Shown here piece by piece: positions 59,995 to 64,000 of a stretch of 64,000 bases of DNA. The stretch is from Bacillota bacterium. GTDB lineage: Bacteria > Bacillota > SHA-98 > Ch115. Location: positions 815-64,814 of the forward strand of contig JABLXA010000003.1 of the NCBI GenBank assembly GCA_013178415.1. The letters run 5' to 3'. The position numbers and the translations under genes were made by a program. The notes under the pieces are model-generated. The model was given only the letters and a program-made list of their open reading frames with translations, did no database searches and was not told where the DNA came from. Position 1 is the first letter of the stretch. Each line of letters opens with the position of its first letter.

Positions 59995-61686
59995 ATGTCC
60001 GACCAGAATGAGATTGAGATAACGATTATGATGCCAGGCGAAGTAAAACGCCGCGTGCCACGGGGCATAACGATCCAGGAACTGATCAGGCAAGACATGC
60101 CGGCCCCAAAGGTCCCAGTGGTAGCGGCAAAGATTAACAACGATCTTGTCGAGCTTACAGCAAGACTCAATGAGGACTCAAAGGTCGAATTTGTGGATAT
60201 GAGCTCTGAAGATGGCATGAGAATCTACAGGCGCAGCGTCGTCTTTGTGTTGATCAGGGCTGCCCGTGAAATTCTCCCAGGATGCAGGGTGAGAATCGAG
60301 CATTCTCTTGCCAACGGGTTATATGGCGAGATTTTCTGGAAGCGCCCCCTCACGGAAAAGGACGTGAGTAATATAGAAGCCAGGATGTGGAAAATAGTTG
60401 AAGAAGATGTGCCGTTTGAGAAGAGCCGGATTTCCAAGGAAGAGGCCATAAAGCTATTTCACGAAGATGGGCAAGATGATAAGGTGCATCTACTCAAATA
60501 CAGGCAGGCGCCAACAGTAAACATTTATAAGTGTGGCTGGCTGCATGACTATTTCTATGGTTACATGGTACCGTCGAGCGGATACCTGAGATATTTTAAG
60601 CTGAGATTCTACCTGCCAGGTTTTATCATCGAGTTCCCGAGGATAGAGGACCCTACGACCATCCCCCCCTATGTGGAACAAGGGAAACTTGCAGGGGTAT
60701 ATTTCGAGGCAGAAAAATGGGGTAATATTCTCAAAGTCGCAAATGTGGCATCGTTGAATGATGTTATACTTTCTAAAGATGTCGGGATGCTCATACGGAC
60801 GGCAGAGGCTTTTCATGAGAAGAAGATAGCAAGGATAGCGGATATGATAACACAGGATAGGGACAGGCTGAGAGTGATCCTCATCGCAGGGCCATCTTCG
60901 TCCGGCAAGACAACATTTGCGCAAAGACTGATGGTAGAGCTCAGGGTAAATGGCCTCGATCCCGTGTCAATTTCACTGGACGATTATTTCGTTGACAGGG
61001 AAAAGACTCAAAAAGGAAACGACGGGAAGCTCGACTTTGAATCCCTGGAGGCCATAGATATCGCCTTATTCAATGAAGATCTGACGCGACTCATTCAGGG
61101 TGAAGAAATTCAGGTGCCAAGGTTCAACTTCCTTGAGGGCCGCCGTGAATATCGAGGCGAAACTCTGAGAGTCTCAAGGGATCAACCTATAATAATCGAA
61201 GGTATCCACGGGCTAAATGACAGGCTGACTCAATCCATTCCAAAGGGTCGGAAATTCAAGATCTATGTGAGCGCGCTCACTCAATTGAATATCGATGACC
61301 ACAACAGGATCCCCACCACAGATGTCCGGCTCATCCGCAGGATCGTAAGGGACAACAAATTCCGTGGACACAGCGCCGCCAACACCATCCAGATGTGGCC
61401 GATGGTGAGACGCGGAGAGGAAAGGAATATATTCCCATTTCAAGAAGAAGCGGATATCATGTTCAATTCAGCATTACCATATGAATTAGCGGTTCTCAAA
61501 ACACATATCAGTCCCCTGCTGGAAGCTATCGGAAAGGATATGCCAGAATACAGCGAGGCAAAGAGGCTGCTCAAATTTTTGAACTATTTTATCGCCATAG
61601 ACGACGATGAAGTGCCTCAGAACTCCATCCTTCGTGAATTCATCGGGGGAAGCTGTTTTTATCGGGATATCGAGAAGGCGTCATAG
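59995..61686 (+). CDS. TGS/ThrRS-N-domain protein fused to a uridine kinase/phosphoribulokinase-family P-loop domain
   Basis: N-terminal TGS-like beta-grasp plus second additional domain; C-terminal ILIAGPSSSGKTTFAQRL Walker A with a PRK/Udk-like fold. Confidence 0.7.
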   Translation: MSDQNEIEITIMMPGEVKRRVPRGITIQELIRQDMPAPKVPVVAAKINNDLVELTARLNEDSKVEFVDMSSEDGMRIYRRSVVFVLIRAAREILPGCRVRIEHSLANGLYGEIFWKRPLTEKDVSNIEARMWKIVEEDVPFEKSRISKEEAIKLFHEDGQDDKVHLLKYRQAPTVNIYKCGWLHDYFYGYMVPSSGYLRYFKLRFYLPGFIIEFPRIEDPTTIPPYVEQGKLAGVYFEAEKWGNILKVANVASLNDVILSKDVGMLIRTAEAFHEKKIARIADMITQDRDRLRVILIAGPSSSGKTTFAQRLMVELRVNGLDPVSISLDDYFVDREKTQKGNDGKLDFESLEAIDIALFNEDLTRLIQGEEIQVPRFNFLEGRREYRGETLRVSRDQPIIIEGIHGLNDRLTQSIPKGRKFKIYVSALTQLNIDDHNRIPTTDVRLIRRIVRDNKFRGHSAANTIQMWPMVRRGEERNIFPFQEEADIMFNSALPYELAVLKTHISPLLEAIGKDMPEYSEAKRLLKFLNYFIAIDDDEVPQNSILREFIGGSCFYRDIEKAS

Positions 61687-61885
61687 AGTCGATAAGGGCG
61701 ATCCCGTTCCATGGAAAAGTCTAACGGAAAAGAAGGAATAAGAAGATGCGCGGAGAAAATATTGTCCGGCTATAGACATCTTTGATCCGTGTAGTATAAT
61801 CTGTCTGGGTGCGGTATATATTAATCAGCCGATGAGCAATAGACTACAGTCTGCACCGTGTACACTCATTTGGAGGGATCTAGCG

Positions 61886-62074
61886 ATGAAAGTTGAAGTG
61901 GACCAGGATCTGTGCATCAGTTGTGGCGCATGCATTGATACCTGCCCGGAAGTATTTGACTGGAATGATGACGAAAAGGCCTCTTCCAAAGTGGATGAAG
62001 TCCCCCCGGAAGTAGAGGATGCGTGCCGCGAGGCGATGGAGGGGTGCCCTACCGAAGCTATCAAAGAAGTATGA
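61886..62074 (+). CDS. single-cluster [4Fe-4S] ferredoxin
   Basis: CISCGACIDTCP...CREAMEGCP; RBS ggaggg lies 8 nt before ATG 61886 (the track ORF starts at 61832). Confidence 0.8.
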   Translation: MKVEVDQDLCISCGACIDTCPEVFDWNDDEKASSKVDEVPPEVEDACREAMEGCPTEAIKEV

Positions 62075-62180
62075 TTGGCGTTACATAGTGATCGGATCGG
62101 TGAAAAATAAAGGGCGACGGTGTTCCGTCGCTCCATTTAATATCTAGTATTGTTGATCCAACTATGCTCTACTTTACCCT

Positions 62181-62242
62181 GAAAATGCGCGCCGCGGTTT
62201 TCATCCTTCTGATGGTGCCGCCGCAGCGGCATGAAGGTCTAC
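62181..62242 (+). repeat. family A dispersed element, copy A7
   Basis: gaaaatgcgcgccgcggttttcatccttctgatggtgccgccgcagcggcatgaaggtctac. Confidence 0.7.
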
Positions 62243-62273
62243 TTTAGATTATCTGGAAAGGAAAGATAGGAGA

Positions 62274-63287
62274 ATGCCTTTTGTAGTAGGCCTCGCCTAC
62301 AATCTTAAAAAAGACTGCCCCAGGACCGGTAATGATCCTGAGGACATAGCGGCGGAGTACGAGGAACAGTCTACTGTAAACCGCATAGCAAAGGCATTGA
62401 GGGCGAAAGGCCACAGGGTGGTGAGACTGCCTTATGGGGCAGATATCCCAAGCCGGCTCAAACGCTCTCATGTTGACATAGTTTTCAATATAGCCGAAGG
62501 ATGGGATGGGCGTAATAGAGAGGCACATGTGCCCGCGATCTTGGAGATTTGTGGAGTCCCTTATACGGGATCCGACCCTCTGACGCTGTCCCTTGCCCTT
62601 GATAAATCTCTGGCCAAGATGGTAATGAAGGCGCGGGGAATCCCCACCCCGAAATTCGCTGTAGTCCGGAATGAGCATGATTTTCCCAAGATCAACCTGA
62701 AATTCCCTATCTTTATAAAGCCGGCGTATGAGGGTTCCAGCAAAGGGATCAGGGATAGCTGCAAAGTTGACGATCAAGATCAGCTACGGCAACAGGTCAA
62801 TTGGGCGCTCAACACTTACCATCAGCCCATTTTGCTGGAGGAATTCCTGCCGGGCCGTGAGTTTACTGTGGGAATCCTGGGCAATCACGATGATCTCCAG
62901 GTCTTTCCGGTAATGGAGATACGCCCCAAAAAGGATATCTCACCAGAAGGTTTCGTTTATTCTTACGAGACCAAGAGCCAAAATCTGGAGCAATTTCTAT
63001 GTCCTGCTCCTATCCCAAAGGCTCTGGAACGCAAGATAAAGAGCATTGCCGTGCGTGCCTTCCAGGCGCTTGAATGTCGCGATATGGCCCGGGTTGATGT
63101 GAGGCTTGACGGAAATGATAGCCCGTTTTTCCTGGAGATCAATCCCCTTCCCGGGCTCTCGAGTGTGAGCCTGTTTCCTCTTACGGCGCTGGCTGCGGGT
63201 ATTTCATTCGAGGAACTCATAGACAAAATCCTGATGCTGGCTGCTGCCAGGGCAAACCTCAGGATAAGGGAGGAAGCCGTCCTGTGA
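62274..63287 (+). CDS. D-alanine--D-alanine ligase family ATP-grasp enzyme
   Basis: ATP-grasp layout: HGxxGEDG-like region (NIAEGWDGRNREAHVPAILEICGVPYTGS), PIFIKPAYEGSSKGI, EINPLPG. Confidence 0.7.
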   Translation: MPFVVGLAYNLKKDCPRTGNDPEDIAAEYEEQSTVNRIAKALRAKGHRVVRLPYGADIPSRLKRSHVDIVFNIAEGWDGRNREAHVPAILEICGVPYTGSDPLTLSLALDKSLAKMVMKARGIPTPKFAVVRNEHDFPKINLKFPIFIKPAYEGSSKGIRDSCKVDDQDQLRQQVNWALNTYHQPILLEEFLPGREFTVGILGNHDDLQVFPVMEIRPKKDISPEGFVYSYETKSQNLEQFLCPAPIPKALERKIKSIAVRAFQALECRDMARVDVRLDGNDSPFFLEINPLPGLSSVSLFPLTALAAGISFEELIDKILMLAAARANLRIREEAVL

Positions 63288-63751
63288 TGAAAACAGAGCG
63301 TATCGTGCGCGGGGCTGCGATCGCCGGACTCTATGTAGCCCTCGTATACATCTTTCAACCCATCAGCTTCGGGCAAATCCAGCTCCGGATCGCTGAGGCG
63401 CTCACTGTGCTTCCCATACTCTATGTGGAAGCCGTTCCCGCGCTTTTCGTAGGCTGCCTGCTGGCGAATCTGCTGGGCCCCGTTGGACCCTGGGACATCA
63501 TCGGCGGCAGCCTTGTCACTCTTCTTGCCGCCATCGGGACATACAAATTCAGAAACAGCATTCTTGCCTACCTATCACCCGTGATTTTGAATGGCCTCCT
63601 GGTAAGCTTGTACCTTACCTGGATAATCGAAAAACTCCCCTACTGGATCACAGCCATCAGTATCAGCGTAAGCGAGGCCATAGTCGTCTTCGGCCTCGGC
63701 ATGCCGTTGATCAACTATCTCAAAGGAAGGGCGGGAAAAGGCAAGAGCTGA
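63284..63751 (+). CDS. queT: QueT-family transporter (ECF S-component for a queuosine precursor)
   Basis: 155 aa, 5 TM, IVRGAAIAGLYVALVYIF...IAEALTVLP typical of QueT. Confidence 0.65.
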   Translation: MMKTERIVRGAAIAGLYVALVYIFQPISFGQIQLRIAEALTVLPILYVEAVPALFVGCLLANLLGPVGPWDIIGGSLVTLLAAIGTYKFRNSILAYLSPVILNGLLVSLYLTWIIEKLPYWITAISISVSEAIVVFGLGMPLINYLKGRAGKGKS

Positions 63752-63800
63752 GCCGCCCGGCCCATTTCCTGGATTGTCTCCTGCGGAACCCTCTCCTGAG

Positions 63801-64000
63801 TCACCTCCTGCGGAACCCTCTCAACCTCAGGCTATTCGTCACTACTGAAACAGAACTCAATGCCATGGCAAGCGCTGCTATCATGGGATTCAACAAGATT
63901 CCAGTGAAAGGATAAAGGACTCCCGCTGCAATAGGAATACCTGCCGAATTGTATGCAAAGGCCCAAAAGAGATTCTGTTTGATTGTAGACATGGTGCGCC
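63801..64000 (-). CDS. heavy-metal-translocating P-type ATPase, C-terminal end (gene continues beyond window end)
   Basis: [52 protein letters not shown] is the conserved last two TM helices of P1B ATPases. Confidence 0.8.
   Translation of the reverse strand, partial: RTMSTIKQNLFWAFAYNSAGIPIAAGVLYPFTGILLNPMIAALAMALSSVSVVTNSLRLRGFRRR

Overview
This 64 kb window looks like a Firmicutes-type chromosome at roughly 55% GC, from what is probably a diderm and possibly spore-forming organism. The right third (41.6-64 kb) is housekeeping with Bacillus-like synteny (dnaE, accD-accA-pfkA-pyk, fba-pfp, dgt), plus zupT, a polyprenyl synthase, a YtpB-like terpene synthase, a ferredoxin, a Ddl-like ligase, QueT and a P-type ATPase tail. 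TolC/HlyD/MacB efflux genes point to a diderm envelope; an alpha/beta-type SASP-like ORF and a SpoVT/AbrB-type protein hint at spore formation. The left 33 kb is accessory-like. It holds a dTDP-sugar enzyme (partial rfbA) and two large glycosyltransferase/TPR proteins flanking a solitary flagellin gene. It holds a two-gene AAA_21 ATPase plus DUF4435/Toprim module resembling the PARIS (AriA/AriB) anti-phage system. It holds a macro-domain gene, two VapBC modules, an MNT/HepT-like pair and a wHTH-nuclease-like orphan. It also holds two SNF2-family helicase loci (one with a SWIM partner, one with a Zn-ribbon partner) and a CpxP-like/HK/RR envelope-stress module. A tRNA-Leu(CAA) at 33.4 kb sits next to a truncated tyrosine-integrase remnant, which fits an island junction. 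Two unexplained repeat systems stand out. One is a dispersed ~60-90 bp palindromic element with 7 copies, each carrying a short ATG-initiated frame. The other is a set of at least three tandem arrays of ~32 bp hairpin-containing units, which are not CRISPR. The dnaE 5' end carries an in-frame TGA inside the conserved PHP motif, and dgt has a chimeric 5' end containing an ABC-ATPase Walker-A fragment. The six-frame track omits ORFs that run off the window edge, so rfbA and the P-type ATPase tail were recovered by hand.
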